DNA of 63,829 bases from Thermoplasmata archaeon (GCA_023256615.1 JAGDXO010000027.1:1-63829); one strand, 5' to 3'; positions 8,658 to 19,571 are shown, numbered from the stretch's first letter. Notes: generated by a model from the sequence alone, not told the origin. Numbers and translations are program-made.

Positions 8658-9647
8658 ATGGCAACGCCAAATCATTCAAGACATGGGTCTATGGGATACT
8701 ATCCCAGGAAAAGGGCAAGATCTATCATACCTCATATTAGGTCTTGGCCAGAGATAGATGGAAAACCTAAACTACAAGGATTCGTAGGATTTAAGGCAGG
8801 TACAACACATGCTCTGTTTGTGGACTACAGAAAGAATAGTACTACTGCCGGATCCGAGGTATCATCATCCGTAACTGTGGTTGAGGTACCGCCTATGAAG
8901 GTAGTTGGAGTAAGATATTATGGTTTGAATCCGTATGGAGAGTATTCATTAGGAGAGATTTTAGATAAAAATTCTCTGAATGAATTAAAAGGGGTAATGC
9001 CTGTTTCTAAAGAATACAAGGCAAAGGAAATCAATTTTAATGAGGTAAGCAATGTGAATGTGCTTGTCCTTATTCAAAATAAGAAGCTCAAGGCAATATC
9101 AAAGAAGGTTCCCGATTTAACGGAAATAAGAGTTGGAGGAGGAACCTTGAAGGAAAGAATAGAATACGCAAACAGCCTATTGGGCAAAGAAGTCACATTT
9201 GACGAATTTTCAAAGCCTGGAAAATTTGTTGATGTAATTGCAGTTACAAAAGGTAAAGGATTCCAAGGTCATATTAAAAGATGGGGCGTAAAATTACTTC
9301 CATACAAGAACAGAAAACATAGAAGGATGATTGGTACATTAGGACCCTGGCATCCAGACTGGGTTAGAAATACTGTTCCCCAGGCGGGGCAGACAGGATT
9401 TCATCAGAGAACAGAATTCAATAAAAGAATACTATTCTACGGGAACCCAACTGAAAAATCAATAACGCCTAATGGTGGATTTGTAAATTACGGAGAGGTT
9501 GTGAATAACTATATTCTAATTCATGGGTCAATTCCAGGGCCTGTCAAGAGGATTATAAAGTTCAGGGATCCGATAAGGCAGACGTCTAAGGATGTTGATG
9601 CGATTAAATTGACTTATGTATCTACTGAAAGTAAACAGGGGGTATAA
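8658..9647 (+). CDS. rpl3: 50S ribosomal protein uL3
   Basis: RHGSMGYYPRKR, GFKAG, TKGKGFQG, PQAGQTGFHQRTE. Confidence 0.98.
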   Translation: MATPNHSRHGSMGYYPRKRARSIIPHIRSWPEIDGKPKLQGFVGFKAGTTHALFVDYRKNSTTAGSEVSSSVTVVEVPPMKVVGVRYYGLNPYGEYSLGEILDKNSLNELKGVMPVSKEYKAKEINFNEVSNVNVLVLIQNKKLKAISKKVPDLTEIRVGGGTLKERIEYANSLLGKEVTFDEFSKPGKFVDVIAVTKGKGFQGHIKRWGVKLLPYKNRKHRRMIGTLGPWHPDWVRNTVPQAGQTGFHQRTEFNKRILFYGNPTEKSITPNGGFVNYGEVVNNYILIHGSIPGPVKRIIKFRDPIRQTSKDVDAIKLTYVSTESKQGV

Positions 9648-9649
9648 AA

Positions 9650-10408
9650 ATGGCAATAATTTTTTCATTGAATGGTGAAAAGGCAAAGGAAGTAGAATTA
9701 CCCAAAATATTTAGTCATCCTATTCGAGAGGATCTCATAGTGCAGTTTTTCAACACTTATATGTCCAATTCAAGGGTGCCGTATGGATCCTATTATTTTG
9801 CAGGAAATAGGAGGGTTGGGCATAACCTAGGACCTAATCACGGTATATCCAGATATCCTAGGGTTTCAGGAACCACAAGGGGGGTTCTACTCTCGAATGC
9901 AAGGGGTGGAAGATCTGCCCATCATCCAGTTGTGGAAAGGGACTGGCATCTGAAGATGAATGAAAAGCAGAGGAGAATGGCTAAATATTCTGCACTGGCT
10001 TCAACAGCAAATATTGATTATGTGAAAAAGAGAGGCCATATATTCAACGTGGAATCATTACCTGTTATCATTGAAGATAAATTCGAAAAAATTACTGAAA
10101 CTGCAGAAATAGTAAAACTTTTCCAGAAAATAGGTATATATGAAGACATAGAGAGGGCAAAGGAAGGTACAAAGATCAGAGCGGGAAGAGGTAAGAGCAG
10201 AGGGAGGAAATATATAACACCCAAAAGCATATTGATAGTGGTCAGAAACAAGGAGAAAATAGAAAAAGCAGTTAAAAATCTACCAGGTGTAGACGTCTCG
10301 AGTCCAGAAGACCTTAATGCATACCTGTTAGCCCCTGGAGGTCATCCAGGGAGACTGGTGGTTGTTTCAGAACCTGCTCTTGAAATAATAAAGGGGTGGG
10401 ATCAATGA
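9650..10408 (+). CDS. rpl4: 50S ribosomal protein uL4
   Basis: GGRSAHHP, KIRAGRGKSRGRKY, LAPGGHPGRL. Confidence 0.97.
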   Translation: MAIIFSLNGEKAKEVELPKIFSHPIREDLIVQFFNTYMSNSRVPYGSYYFAGNRRVGHNLGPNHGISRYPRVSGTTRGVLLSNARGGRSAHHPVVERDWHLKMNEKQRRMAKYSALASTANIDYVKKRGHIFNVESLPVIIEDKFEKITETAEIVKLFQKIGIYEDIERAKEGTKIRAGRGKSRGRKYITPKSILIVVRNKEKIEKAVKNLPGVDVSSPEDLNAYLLAPGGHPGRLVVVSEPALEIIKGWDQ

Positions 10409-10665
10409 ACAATCCTTATGACATTCTTTTAAAACCATTTGTTACAGAAAAATCTATGCTGCAGATTGAAAGGGAAAATAAAATCTGGTTTATAGTTAAT
10501 GAGAGGGCTACAAGAAACCAGATTAAAAAAGCAGTTGAAAATATATCAGGAATGAAAGTAGAAGATGTGAACATTATGAGAGATAAGGAAGGAAAAAAAG
10601 CTATTGTAAAAATAGCCAAGAGCTTCTCAGCTGAGGAGCTAGCAACTAAATTGGGGATATTCTGA
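10405..10665 (+). CDS. rpl23: 50S ribosomal protein uL23 (ATG 10405)
   Basis: PFVTEKS, KKAIVK, AEELATKLGIF; synteny. Confidence 0.96.
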   Translation: MNNPYDILLKPFVTEKSMLQIERENKIWFIVNERATRNQIKKAVENISGMKVEDVNIMRDKEGKKAIVKIAKSFSAEELATKLGIF

Positions 10666-10674
10666 GGTGATGTT

Positions 10675-11373
10675 ATGGGAAAGAGAATTTTAGTACAAAG
10701 AAGGGGTCGCGGAGGTATTGTCTATAGAAGTCCCAGTCATAGACATTATGGAAATATAAAATATCCAGAAACTAAGAAGTGGGAAGGCAAGGTTGTGAAA
10801 CTGGTCAGGGATCCAGGACATTATGCACCTGTAGCTGTAGTGAGAATGAATGACCAGAAAGAGGAACTATTTATTGCCCACTCTGGAATGTTTGTGGGGC
10901 AGAAGATAAATTCCGGTGATGACGTATCTCCAATAGAAGGAAATACAATGCCACTGGGCCTTATCCCGGATGGAACTTTAATATACAATGTGGAGTTAAG
11001 GCCGGGATCTGGTGGCAATATAGCAAGGACACCCGGAAGTTTCTGCACTATAGTTGCACATGGGGAGAATGTCACAGTTAAGCTACCTTCAGGTAAAATG
11101 AAAGATATAATGCCATCCTGTCTTGCAACAATAGGAGTAGCAGGAGGCGGTGGAAGGAATACAAAACCTTTCCTGAAGGCAGGTAAAAAAATTCATGCAT
11201 ATCAAAGCAGGGCCAAGAGGCCATTCTCGGTGAGAGGTGTAGCCATGAATGCAATTAATCACCCGCACGGAGGAGGTAATCATCAGCATGTTGGTAGACC
11301 TTCAACTGTTGGAAGAAATGCACCTCCAGGAAGGAAAGTTGGTAGGCTGTCACCAAAGAGGAAGGTGAAGTAA
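10675..11373 (+). CDS. rpl2: 50S ribosomal protein uL2
   Basis: MGKRILVQRRGRG, RGVAMNAINHPHGGG. Confidence 0.98.
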   Translation: MGKRILVQRRGRGGIVYRSPSHRHYGNIKYPETKKWEGKVVKLVRDPGHYAPVAVVRMNDQKEELFIAHSGMFVGQKINSGDDVSPIEGNTMPLGLIPDGTLIYNVELRPGSGGNIARTPGSFCTIVAHGENVTVKLPSGKMKDIMPSCLATIGVAGGGGRNTKPFLKAGKKIHAYQSRAKRPFSVRGVAMNAINHPHGGGNHQHVGRPSTVGRNAPPGRKVGRLSPKRKVK

Positions 11374-11374
11374 A

Positions 11375-11827
11375 ATGGCGGAAGATAAGAGAAAATCTCA
11401 GAAGGCAATAAGGAGGACTAAGAGGAAGACGTCTAGGGCCTTAACTGAAAGGGGAAAGGAACTCTTATTTAAGGGTAAAAGCCTTGATGAACTTTTAGCT
11501 ATGGAATTCGAGGAACTTTTAAAGATTTTGCCATCAAGGGCTAGGAGAAGCCTGAAAAGGGGTTATAATTCTGAACAGGAGAAACTTCACAGAAAACTTC
11601 AGGAACGGGACTCTGTTAAAACAAGGGTGAGGGATCTTGTAATATTGCCACAATATGTAGGGAAGACGATTTCAGTTTATGATGGGCATCAGTATCAGAC
11701 TTTCAGCATAAAGGAAGAGATGATTGGACACTACATAGGCGAATTTGTACAGACTAGAAAAGAAGTTAAACATTCTGGGCCAGGAGTAGGAGCTACCAGG
11801 GGATCAAAGTTCCTGCCATTAAAGTGA
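11375..11827 (+). CDS. rps19: 30S ribosomal protein uS19
   Basis: EMIGHYIGEF, HSGPGVGATRGSKFLPLK. Confidence 0.97.
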   Translation: MAEDKRKSQKAIRRTKRKTSRALTERGKELLFKGKSLDELLAMEFEELLKILPSRARRSLKRGYNSEQEKLHRKLQERDSVKTRVRDLVILPQYVGKTISVYDGHQYQTFSIKEEMIGHYIGEFVQTRKEVKHSGPGVGATRGSKFLPLK

Positions 11828-11836
11828 GGTGAAAAG

Positions 11837-12280
11837 ATGAAATATGTTATGGAAACAGATAAGAAAAAAACTGCAAGGGCAATGTCAATAAATACACCAA
11901 TATCTCCAAGAGATGCCCTTGAAGTGGTCAGAACTATAAAGGGTATGAAACTCCAAAATGCAAAAGAATATCTCGATAATGTTATTCATAAAAAATCTGC
12001 CGTACCTTATAGAAAATTTACCGATTCAGTATCTCATCGCAGGGGAACAGGCCCAGGAAGATATCCTGTCAAGGCAGCCAAATATATTCTGGAGACCTTG
12101 GATAATGCGGAGAATAATGCTGAATTCAAGCAGCTTGATTCTGATAAACTCGTGATAAAGAATGCAGTAGCTCAGCTCGCTCCGCCAATTAAATACTACA
12201 CATATAAGGCCTTTGGTTCAAGCGGAAAATTCTACAGAGAGAGGGTTCATATCCAGATAATTTTGGAGGAGATTGAATGA
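11837..12280 (+). CDS. rpl22: 50S ribosomal protein uL22
   Basis: GRYPVKAA, NAENNAE; synteny. Confidence 0.96.
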   Translation: MKYVMETDKKKTARAMSINTPISPRDALEVVRTIKGMKLQNAKEYLDNVIHKKSAVPYRKFTDSVSHRRGTGPGRYPVKAAKYILETLDNAENNAEFKQLDSDKLVIKNAVAQLAPPIKYYTYKAFGSSGKFYRERVHIQIILEEIE

Positions 12281-12927
12281 AAGAGTTAAAGTTTTTGAAG
12301 GAAAATATAAGGAGACAACTGATAAAGGAGTATCTGGTTCATGAAATAGGGGACGCAGGGTTTGGAGGCGTTGAAATACAGAGAACGCCACAGAATACCA
12401 TAGTGATCCTGAAGGTTGAAAGACCAGGGTTAGTAATAGGAAGACGTGGATCTAAAATAAGAAACATGGAGGAAACCCTGGAGAAAAAATTTAATCTAAC
12501 CAGTCCTTTGATCAAGGTAGAGGGTGCCAGGGATCCCGGTTTAAACGCTCAGATTATGGCAGAAAAGCTTGCGAGATCCATAGAAAAAGGTTGGCATTTC
12601 AGAAGGGCAGGTCACAGTATCCTGAAGAGAATTATGGATTCTGGAGCCAGAGGCGGTCAGGTAAGGATGGGCGGTAAGCTGACCGGAGAGAGGGCAAGAA
12701 GCGTTAAGTATACCTCCGGCAAAGTAATTTCATCAGGATATCCGTCTGAAATGATCGACAAGGGATACGCGGTAGCAATGACCAAACCAGGTATTATAGG
12801 TGTTTCTGTTAAAATACTCAGGAACGATGTTAAGTTACCTGATGATGTAGTTGTAAGAAATGTAAATTTGGGGGAGGTGAAAGTCAATGGAGGAAATGAA
12901 AGCTTCAGCGATCAGAAAAATGAGTAA
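12277..12927 (+). CDS. rps3: 30S ribosomal protein uS3
   Basis: KH domain RPGLVIGRRG, FRRAG, GKLTGERA. Confidence 0.97.
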   Translation: MKELKFLKENIRRQLIKEYLVHEIGDAGFGGVEIQRTPQNTIVILKVERPGLVIGRRGSKIRNMEETLEKKFNLTSPLIKVEGARDPGLNAQIMAEKLARSIEKGWHFRRAGHSILKRIMDSGARGGQVRMGGKLTGERARSVKYTSGKVISSGYPSEMIDKGYAVAMTKPGIIGVSVKILRNDVKLPDDVVVRNVNLGEVKVNGGNESFSDQKNE

Positions 12928-13087
12928 AGAAGAGATAAATAAGAAATACATGGAATTGAGAGAAGAGCTCATGAGGGAAAGAGGCATATCTGCTATGGGT
13001 GGTGCTCCTCCAAGTCCTGGGAAAATAGAATCATTGAGAAGACAGATTGCAAGAATAGAGACTGTTATGAGGGAGTCTGGAAAATGA
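12887..13087 (+). CDS. rpl29: 50S ribosomal protein uL29
   Basis: GGAPPSPGKI..LRRQIARIET. Confidence 0.95.
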   Translation: MEEMKASAIRKMSKEEINKKYMELREELMRERGISAMGGAPPSPGKIESLRRQIARIETVMRESGK

Positions 13088-13374
13088 GAGATGATAAATT
13101 TATCAAGGAGCTTACCCCACTGGATGAAATAGCAAGGGAAACACAGGTAATTACGATAGATATAGATAAGAGGAGATATGGAAAATTTGTAACCATAGTA
13201 TCTGGTTTTGACACAAAGGCAGAGGATATCAAGGAACTCGCCAAAACTCTCAAGAAGAAAACTGCTACTGGAGGTACTGTAAAGGACGATAAAATCGAAC
13301 TTCAGGGAGACCAGAGAGAAAGGGCAAAAAAAGTACTTGAGGATATGGGTTTTAAAGTGGAGGTATCAAAATGA
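13084..13374 (+). CDS. Translation initiation factor aIF1 (SUI1)
   Basis: RRYGKFVTIV, LKKK.A.GGTVK, IELQGD. Confidence 0.95.
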   Translation: MRDDKFIKELTPLDEIARETQVITIDIDKRRYGKFVTIVSGFDTKAEDIKELAKTLKKKTATGGTVKDDKIELQGDQRERAKKVLEDMGFKVEVSK

Positions 13375-13625
13375 ACCCTTTCTTGACAGATATTATTGGC
13401 GAGAATATAGAGATAATCGAATCTTCAGATAGAAATATTATTGGATACAAAGGCAAGGTAATTGATGAGACTAAGAATATTATAAAGGTGAGGGGAATCC
13501 GAGATATAATAGTACAGAAAAATGGAACTTCTATAATTGTTGGGAATCAGATTGTAAGGATGGATAGTATTAAGTTCAGACCAGAAGAAAAAATAAAAAA
13601 AATTAGAAGGAGAGGTAAACTATGA
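13371..13625 (+). CDS. rnp1: RNase P protein subunit Rpp29/POP4
   Basis: GKVIDETKN, RPEEKIKK; position before rps17. Confidence 0.9.
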   Translation: MNPFLTDIIGENIEIIESSDRNIIGYKGKVIDETKNIIKVRGIRDIIVQKNGTSIIVGNQIVRMDSIKFRPEEKIKKIRRRGKL

Positions 13626-13948
13626 GAAATATTGGGATAGATGTTAAGGAACCAGTTGAGGAATGCAAGGATCCAAAATGTCCTTTTCACGGAGAAATAA
13701 CAGTAAAGTCTCCAGTGATAGAAGGAGAAATCATATCTGTTTCCATGAAGGGGACAGTTACGGTTCTCAGGGAATATATGAGGAAAAACAGGAAATATGA
13801 GAGATATGAAAAAAGAAAGAAAAAATATCATGCGCATCTTCCTGGATGTATCCATGTAGAACTGGGAGATATAGTAAAAATAGCATATTCAAGGCCACTA
13901 GCGAAATCAGTATCATTTGTTGTTGTTGAAAAGGAGGGAAAGCAATGA
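13622..13948 (+). CDS. rps17: 30S ribosomal protein uS17
   Basis: [23 protein letters not shown]. Confidence 0.97.
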   Translation: MRNIGIDVKEPVEECKDPKCPFHGEITVKSPVIEGEIISVSMKGTVTVLREYMRKNRKYERYEKRKKKYHAHLPGCIHVELGDIVKIAYSRPLAKSVSFVVVEKEGKQ

Positions 13949-14343
13949 AGGGATTAGCAGGAAATCAGATCAGAGGTCTACCGCTTGGAGCAAAGCTAGA
14001 ATGTGCTGATAACACCGGAGCGAAGGTAATAGCTCTTATTAATGTTAAGGCATACCATAACACAAAGAGAAGGGTACCTGCGGCGTCTGTTGGTGACATG
14101 ATTATGGCATCTGTAAAGAAAGGTTCTCCAGAAATGAGGAGAAAGGTCGTCTATGCTATTGTAATAAGACAGAAGAAGACATTCAGAAGACAGGACGGAC
14201 TTATGGTGGAATTCGAGGATAATGCTGCAGTGCTTGTTCAGGATAATGGTGAAACAAGAGGTACTGAAATTAAAGGGCCGGTAGCCAAGGAAGCTGCTGA
14301 GAGATGGCCAAGGGTAGCAGCGCTTGCGAGCTCTATAGTATGA
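13945..14343 (+). CDS. rpl14: 50S ribosomal protein uL14
   Basis: [27 protein letters not shown]. Confidence 0.98.
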   Translation: MKGLAGNQIRGLPLGAKLECADNTGAKVIALINVKAYHNTKRRVPAASVGDMIMASVKKGSPEMRRKVVYAIVIRQKKTFRRQDGLMVEFEDNAAVLVQDNGETRGTEIKGPVAKEAAERWPRVAALASSIV

Positions 14344-14352
14344 GGTGTTTAA

Positions 14353-14784
14353 ATGGAACTTAATTTACATTTATCAAATGATTTGATCGAGAAATATGGG
14401 ATAAGGAAGTTTGGTGTTAGAAAGGGCGACATAGTGAGAATAGTGAAGGGGGATTCTGACAAGGATGAAAAATTGAATGTTGTCGGTAAGGAAGCAAAGG
14501 TAGTCAAGGTTCTAAGAAAGGAAAGGAAAATAGTGGCGGAAAACGTCAATGTAGCCAAGGCCGATGGAAAGATGAAGCCAAGAAAACTTGATCCTTCGTC
14601 TTTAATAATAGTGAAAATTGAACTTGAAGACGTAAAGAGAAAAGAGAAGCTCTCAAAACTTGCATCAATGAGAAATAAGGTGGTAGAAGAAGAGCCTGAA
14701 CCAGCATCAGAAAAAAAGGAAGAGAATAAAGAAGAAGTAGAAGACAAAGAGGAGGAAATAGAGGGGGAGGAAGAAGATGAGTAA
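14353..14784 (+). CDS. rpl24: 50S ribosomal protein uL24 with acidic C-terminal tail
   Basis: VRKGDIVRIVKG KOW motif; synteny. Confidence 0.93.
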   Translation: MELNLHLSNDLIEKYGIRKFGVRKGDIVRIVKGDSDKDEKLNVVGKEAKVVKVLRKERKIVAENVNVAKADGKMKPRKLDPSSLIIVKIELEDVKRKEKLSKLASMRNKVVEEEPEPASEKKEENKEEVEDKEEEIEGEEEDE

Positions 14785-15481
14785 GCATATTAAGAGATTA
14801 GCATCACCTACGACTTGGAAACAGCCAAGAAAGATGTATACTTGGTCAGTTAAAGCTTCACCAGGACCACACGCAGTTGATAACAGTGTGCCATTAATGG
14901 TAATAATAAGGGATATTTTACATCTCGCAGATACTTCTAAAGAAGCAAGGAACATAATCACCAGGGGGTTAATAAAGGTAGACGGAAAGATTGTGAAGGA
15001 TTACAAGAGACCTGTGGGTTTCATGGATACAATATCCATAAACGATGCAGGAATTTTCAAAAGAGTTCTTCTAGACAAATCTGGTGTTCTTGTTCTAAGT
15101 GATCTGAAAATGGAGGAAGTGGGATGGAAATTGGTCAAGGTCATTGGGAAATTCATACAGAAAGGGGGAAAAATCCAGCTGACCACTCATGATGGGAGGG
15201 TGATATTAACCGATCAGGCTTCCATTAAAAGGGGAGATACAATAAAGATATCTCTCCCTGATCAGAAAATACTTGAGGTATATCCTCTTGTAAAAGATAC
15301 TACGGTCTATGTTACTGGGGGGGCTCACAGGGGTATGATTACCCAAATAAAAGAGGTCAACGTGTCAAGAAGTTACCAGGAAAACACAATTGAAAGTAAG
15401 GATAATTTTACTACTACCGTTTCCAACATCTTCGTCCTGGGGAAATCCTCACCCGAAATAAGACTCGCAGGAGGTGCGTGA
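14777..15481 (+). CDS. rps4e: 30S ribosomal protein eS4
   Basis: HIKRLASP..W, PGPH, GFMD, HDGR, TGGAH. Confidence 0.96.
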   Translation: MSKHIKRLASPTTWKQPRKMYTWSVKASPGPHAVDNSVPLMVIIRDILHLADTSKEARNIITRGLIKVDGKIVKDYKRPVGFMDTISINDAGIFKRVLLDKSGVLVLSDLKMEEVGWKLVKVIGKFIQKGGKIQLTTHDGRVILTDQASIKRGDTIKISLPDQKILEVYPLVKDTTVYVTGGAHRGMITQIKEVNVSRSYQENTIESKDNFTTTVSNIFVLGKSSPEIRLAGGA

Positions 15482-16001
15482 AATGAATCCGATGGAAGAC
15501 ATTGTTATTGATAAGGTAACGGTTAACATAGGTGTGGGGGAAGCAGGCGAAAAACTCGAAAAGGCTAAAAAGGTAATCACTCTGATCACTGGAAAGGAGC
15601 CAACCATCACAAAAGTCAAAAGAACAAACAGGGAATTTGGAATAAGACAGGATCAGCCAATAGGGGTCAAGGTTACCATAAGGAAAGAGGACATAAAGAA
15701 ATTCCTCGAGTCTGCATTATGGGTGAAAAATTTTAAGGCATTCAGCTATTCATTTTCAAATCAGGGAACTTTCAGTTTTGGTATTTCTGATTATACCGAT
15801 TTTAAGGGAATGAAGTACAATCCTGAAATAGGTATATTTGGGATGGATATAGTGGTCACTTTCAGAAGGAAAGGTGGGTATAGAGTATCCAAGAGAAGAT
15901 TAAGACCAAGAAAGGTTCCAGAGAAAATTAAAGTTAAAAGGGAAGAGATGATGGAATATATGAAGAATAACTATAATTTGGAAATTCTGGGGGGAGAGTA
16001 G
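15474..16001 (+). CDS. rpl5: 50S ribosomal protein uL5
   Basis: NIGVGEAG, IGVKVTIR, YNPEIGIFGMD. Confidence 0.97.
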   Translation: MREMNPMEDIVIDKVTVNIGVGEAGEKLEKAKKVITLITGKEPTITKVKRTNREFGIRQDQPIGVKVTIRKEDIKKFLESALWVKNFKAFSYSFSNQGTFSFGISDYTDFKGMKYNPEIGIFGMDIVVTFRRKGGYRVSKRRLRPRKVPEKIKVKREEMMEYMKNNYNLEILGGE

Positions 16002-16163
16002 ATGGTACAACCTAAGCTAAGACCGAAAAAAGACTATGGCAGAAATCATGGGTGCGAGAGATGTGGAAGGAAAAGAGGGCTTATCAGAAGATATGGACTA
16101 AGACTGTGCAGGCAGTGCTTTAGAGAAATTGCTCCAGAATTGGGGTTCAAGAAATTTTCCTGA
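16002..16163 (+). CDS. rps14: 30S ribosomal protein uS14 (Zn-binding), absent from ORF track
   Basis: Own translation [53 protein letters not shown]. Confidence 0.96.
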   Translation: MVQPKLRPKKDYGRNHGCERCGRKRGLIRRYGLRLCRQCFREIAPELGFKKFS

Positions 16164-16173
16164 GGTGAAAAAA

Positions 16174-16557
16174 ATGGGAGATACATTAAATGAAGCATTG
16201 ATTTCAATAAGAAATGCATCAAAATTGGGCAGGGAAGAAGTAGAAGTAAAAGCATCCAATCTTGTTGGGCGGGTTCTCAAGGTATTCCAGAAATACGGAT
16301 ACATAGAGGAATTTGAGTACTCTGAAAACGGAAAAGGCGGAATATTTAAGGTGAGAGTAGCTAAAACAATTAACAATTGTGGAGTTATTAAACCCAGATT
16401 TTCAATAAAGAGGAATGAGATGGAAAGATGGGAATCAAGATACCTTCCAGCTCAGGATATAGGGCTTATTGTTATATCGACAACAAATGGCGTGATGAGC
16501 AATTCCGAAGCCAAGAAAAAAGGAGTAGGAGGGAGGGCTCTGGCCTTCATATACTAG
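16174..16557 (+). CDS. rps8: 30S ribosomal protein uS8 (ATG 16174 after GAGGTGA SD)
   Basis: INNCGVIKPRF, YLPA, STTNGVM, GGR. Confidence 0.96.
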   Translation: MGDTLNEALISIRNASKLGREEVEVKASNLVGRVLKVFQKYGYIEEFEYSENGKGGIFKVRVAKTINNCGVIKPRFSIKRNEMERWESRYLPAQDIGLIVISTTNGVMSNSEAKKKGVGGRALAFIY

Positions 16558-16562
16558 GGTGA

Positions 16563-17102
16563 TTGAAAATGGAAGAAATTATTGAAATACCAAAAGGAAT
16601 AAATGTTTCCCTTAAGGATGGATTGCTTTCTGTGAAGGGTCCAAGAGGAACTGTCTCCAAGAAATTCATATATGAATACGCAAGGATAGAATTACAGGGA
16701 AACGCAATAAAAATTTACACCACAAGAGAAAAGAAAAGTGACACATCAGTAATAGGAACATGGAGAAGCATAATTAGCAGTTTATTTATAGGAGTTACAA
16801 AAGGCTACATATACACCATGAAGATAGTGTATGCTCATTTCCCAGTGAAGGTTACAGTAAAAGGAAATGAAATAACACTTGATAATTTCCTAGGCGAGAA
16901 AAGTCCAAGAAAACTAATCCTCAATGCGGATGTCAAGGTTAATATCAAGGGAGATATAGTGACTCTAGAAGGTAATGATCTAGAAACTTTGGGAAATGCA
17001 GCGGCAAGGATAGAAAAACTTAGTAAAATAAAGGGATTTGATCCAAGGGTTTTCCAGGACGGAATATATATAGTGAAGAAAGGTGATATAATTGAAGGCT
17101 AA
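16563..17102 (+). CDS. rpl6: 50S ribosomal protein uL6
   Basis: YAHFP, NFLGEK, DPRVFQDGIYI. Confidence 0.97.
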   Translation: MKMEEIIEIPKGINVSLKDGLLSVKGPRGTVSKKFIYEYARIELQGNAIKIYTTREKKSDTSVIGTWRSIISSLFIGVTKGYIYTMKIVYAHFPVKVTVKGNEITLDNFLGEKSPRKLILNADVKVNIKGDIVTLEGNDLETLGNAAARIEKLSKIKGFDPRVFQDGIYIVKKGDIIEG

Positions 17103-17487
17103 TTTAAGTGCAAGATCAAAGAGACTTCTAAAGGTCAGAAATGAGATGAACAGAAAAAGGCCTGAATTCCACAGGCAGGAATGGTTCAGGTATAAGAAAC
17201 TGGGTGATTCGTGGAGGAAACCAAGAGGTAAACACTCTAAATCCAGGGAGCACAGAGGATACAGACCTCCAAATGTGGAATCTGGTTTCAGGGGCCCAAG
17301 CGAAGTAAGAGCGCTTCATCCTTCTGGATTCAGGGAAGTTTATGTAACAAATCTTAAGGACATTGATAGGGTAAATCCAACAACCGAGGCTATAAGGATA
17401 TCTTCAAAGGTGGGGATGAAGAAGAGGATGATGATACAGGAGAAAGCACACACAGTAGGAATTAAAATATTGAACGAGGTGAAATAA
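17092..17487 (+). CDS. rpl32e: 50S ribosomal protein eL32
   Basis: WRKPRGKHSK, HPSGFREV. Confidence 0.97.
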   Translation: MKANLSARSKRLLKVRNEMNRKRPEFHRQEWFRYKKLGDSWRKPRGKHSKSREHRGYRPPNVESGFRGPSEVRALHPSGFREVYVTNLKDIDRVNPTTEAIRISSKVGMKKRMMIQEKAHTVGIKILNEVK

Positions 17488-17942
17488 TGGTTACATTAAG
17501 TCCACAAAAAAGAATGGCTTCAAAGATGTTAAAGATAGGTTCGAGCAGGGTATGGATGGACCCTAAAAGTATAGATGATATATCGGAGGCAGTAACTAGG
17601 GAAGATGTTAGGAAACTGATCAAGAGAAATGTTATACAGAAGAAAACTGCCAAATCAAATTCCAGAAGCAGATTCAGGGCAGCAAAGGCTCAGAGAGATA
17701 AAGGAAGAAGAAAGGGGCAGGGATCAAGGAAAGGAACAAGAAATGCCAGGGAACCAAGGAAGGATAGATGGGTTAAAAATGTAAGATCTATGAGAAAGGC
17801 AATAAGGGAGATGAGGGACAGTGGTAAATTATCTAAAAAGGATTACAGAAAATTGTATTCCCAGATCAAAGGAGGAGTATTCCATAATAAGTCAGCTCTG
17901 ATAACTCATCTTAAAGATTCAGGTTTGTTGAAAGGTGATTAA
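17487..17942 (+). CDS. rpl19e: 50S ribosomal protein eL19
   Basis: RVWMDP, TREDVR, GRRKGQGSRKG. Confidence 0.97.
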   Translation: MVTLSPQKRMASKMLKIGSSRVWMDPKSIDDISEAVTREDVRKLIKRNVIQKKTAKSNSRSRFRAAKAQRDKGRRKGQGSRKGTRNAREPRKDRWVKNVRSMRKAIREMRDSGKLSKKDYRKLYSQIKGGVFHNKSALITHLKDSGLLKGD

Positions 17943-18440
17943 ATGCATTCTAGATATATTATGCCATTAAAAAGGAGAAGGCTCAACATAACGGATTACA
18001 GGAAGAGACTAGCACTGATCAAGACAGGAGTCCCTAGAGCAGTAATAAGAAAATCACTCAAAAATATGAAGGTCGATATTGTTGAATACAGGCCTTCAGG
18101 CGACAGAGTTCTAGCTCATGGATGTACTGTTGAACTGAAAAAATTTGGATGGAAGGGACCGACTGGCAATACTCCAGCAGCGTATCTCTCTGGATACCTG
18201 GCAGGTCTTAGGGCAAAAAGTAAGGGAATAGAGAGAGTTTATGTTGATATGGGAAGACAGAAAGTTATCAAGGGATCAAAACTCATGGCAAGCGTAAAGG
18301 GTCTTATAGATTCAGGCGTTGAGGTTCCAGTGGATAAGAAATTCTTACCTTCAGAGGACAGAATAGTGGGAAAGCATCTGGAGACCGTAGCAGAAGGTTC
18401 TGTGAAATCCGTTAAGAAGGCTATGGAGGAATTACTATGA
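17943..18440 (+). CDS. rpl18: 50S ribosomal protein uL18
   Basis: [17 protein letters not shown]. Confidence 0.97.
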   Translation: MHSRYIMPLKRRRLNITDYRKRLALIKTGVPRAVIRKSLKNMKVDIVEYRPSGDRVLAHGCTVELKKFGWKGPTGNTPAAYLSGYLAGLRAKSKGIERVYVDMGRQKVIKGSKLMASVKGLIDSGVEVPVDKKFLPSEDRIVGKHLETVAEGSVKSVKKAMEELL

Positions 18441-19111
18441 CTGATGAAAATATTGAATGGATTCCAAAGACAAGACTGGGAAAAATGGTAAAAAATGGTG
18501 AACTTAAAACAATCTCCGAAGTACTTGCCTTACATATTCCAATAAGGGAAGCCCAGATTGTTGACACGTTGCTGCCAAATCTGGAGGACGAGGTAATAGA
18601 GATAAAGATGGTTCAAAAAATGTCAGATTCAGGAAGAAAGGTAAAATTCGCCGCAACAGTGGTAGTGGGAAACAGAGATGGATACGTCGGGATAGGTCAC
18701 GCTAAGGCAAAGGAAACTGGAGATGCAATAGAAAAGGCTATAGAAAATGCCAAATTGAATATAGTTGAGATTAAGAGAGGCTGCGGTTCCTGGGAGTGCG
18801 GTTGTGGCAGAAGTCACACTGTTCCATTTGAAGTAATGGGAAAATCTGGCTCCGTTAGGGTTGATCTGAAACCTGCACCTCAGGGAGTTGGACTTGCTAT
18901 AGGAGATATACCAAAGAAGGTACTTGCCATGGCAGGTATACAGGATACCTGGGGTTTTTCAGAAGGTCATACAAAGAGTACAGTAAATTTTGCATATGCA
19001 ACATTCAATGCCCTAAAGGAAACTTCTAAATTCAAAATAAATGATAAATTGGTGCTAAGCACCCCTATATATAAGGGAGGTGTTATGAGTGTACGCAGTG
19101 ATAAAAATTAG
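18437..19111 (+). CDS. rps5: 30S ribosomal protein uS5
   Basis: [24 protein letters not shown]. Confidence 0.97.
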   Translation: MTDENIEWIPKTRLGKMVKNGELKTISEVLALHIPIREAQIVDTLLPNLEDEVIEIKMVQKMSDSGRKVKFAATVVVGNRDGYVGIGHAKAKETGDAIEKAIENAKLNIVEIKRGCGSWECGCGRSHTVPFEVMGKSGSVRVDLKPAPQGVGLAIGDIPKKVLAMAGIQDTWGFSEGHTKSTVNFAYATFNALKETSKFKINDKLVLSTPIYKGGVMSVRSDKN

Positions 19112-19571
19112 AGGAAGCAACCATACAGAGGTAGGTATAAAGAAGGCACTCGATGAGTTGAGACTCAACAGGGTGAATCATCTTGTAATTGTCCCGGAAA
19201 CAGAAATAGGTCAGATAAAAAAGGCCAAAGATTACATTACCTGGGGCGAAATAGACAAAGAGCACCTCATTGTGCTACTCAGAGAGAAGGGCAGGCTAAT
19301 GGGAGAAAAGAAGCTGGATGATGAAACTGTAAAAGAGCTTGGTTTTGAAAGCCTCGATGACATGGCTGAGAAGATCTTAAATGGTGAAATAAAAATCAAA
19401 GATATACCAAATATGAAACCCATATTCAGAATGAATCCTCCAAGGAAAGGATACAAAACAACTAAGAGGACATATCAGTTCAAGGGAAGCATAGGATATA
19501 GAGGAAAGGACATTAATGTGTTAATAGACAGAATGATAGAAGGTGGTAAAATTGGTGAAACAGAAAACTAA
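19089..19571 (+). CDS. rpl30: 50S ribosomal protein uL30
   Basis: [27 protein letters not shown]. Confidence 0.96.
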   Translation: MYAVIKIRGSNHTEVGIKKALDELRLNRVNHLVIVPETEIGQIKKAKDYITWGEIDKEHLIVLLREKGRLMGEKKLDDETVKELGFESLDDMAEKILNGEIKIKDIPNMKPIFRMNPPRKGYKTTKRTYQFKGSIGYRGKDINVLIDRMIEGGKIGETEN

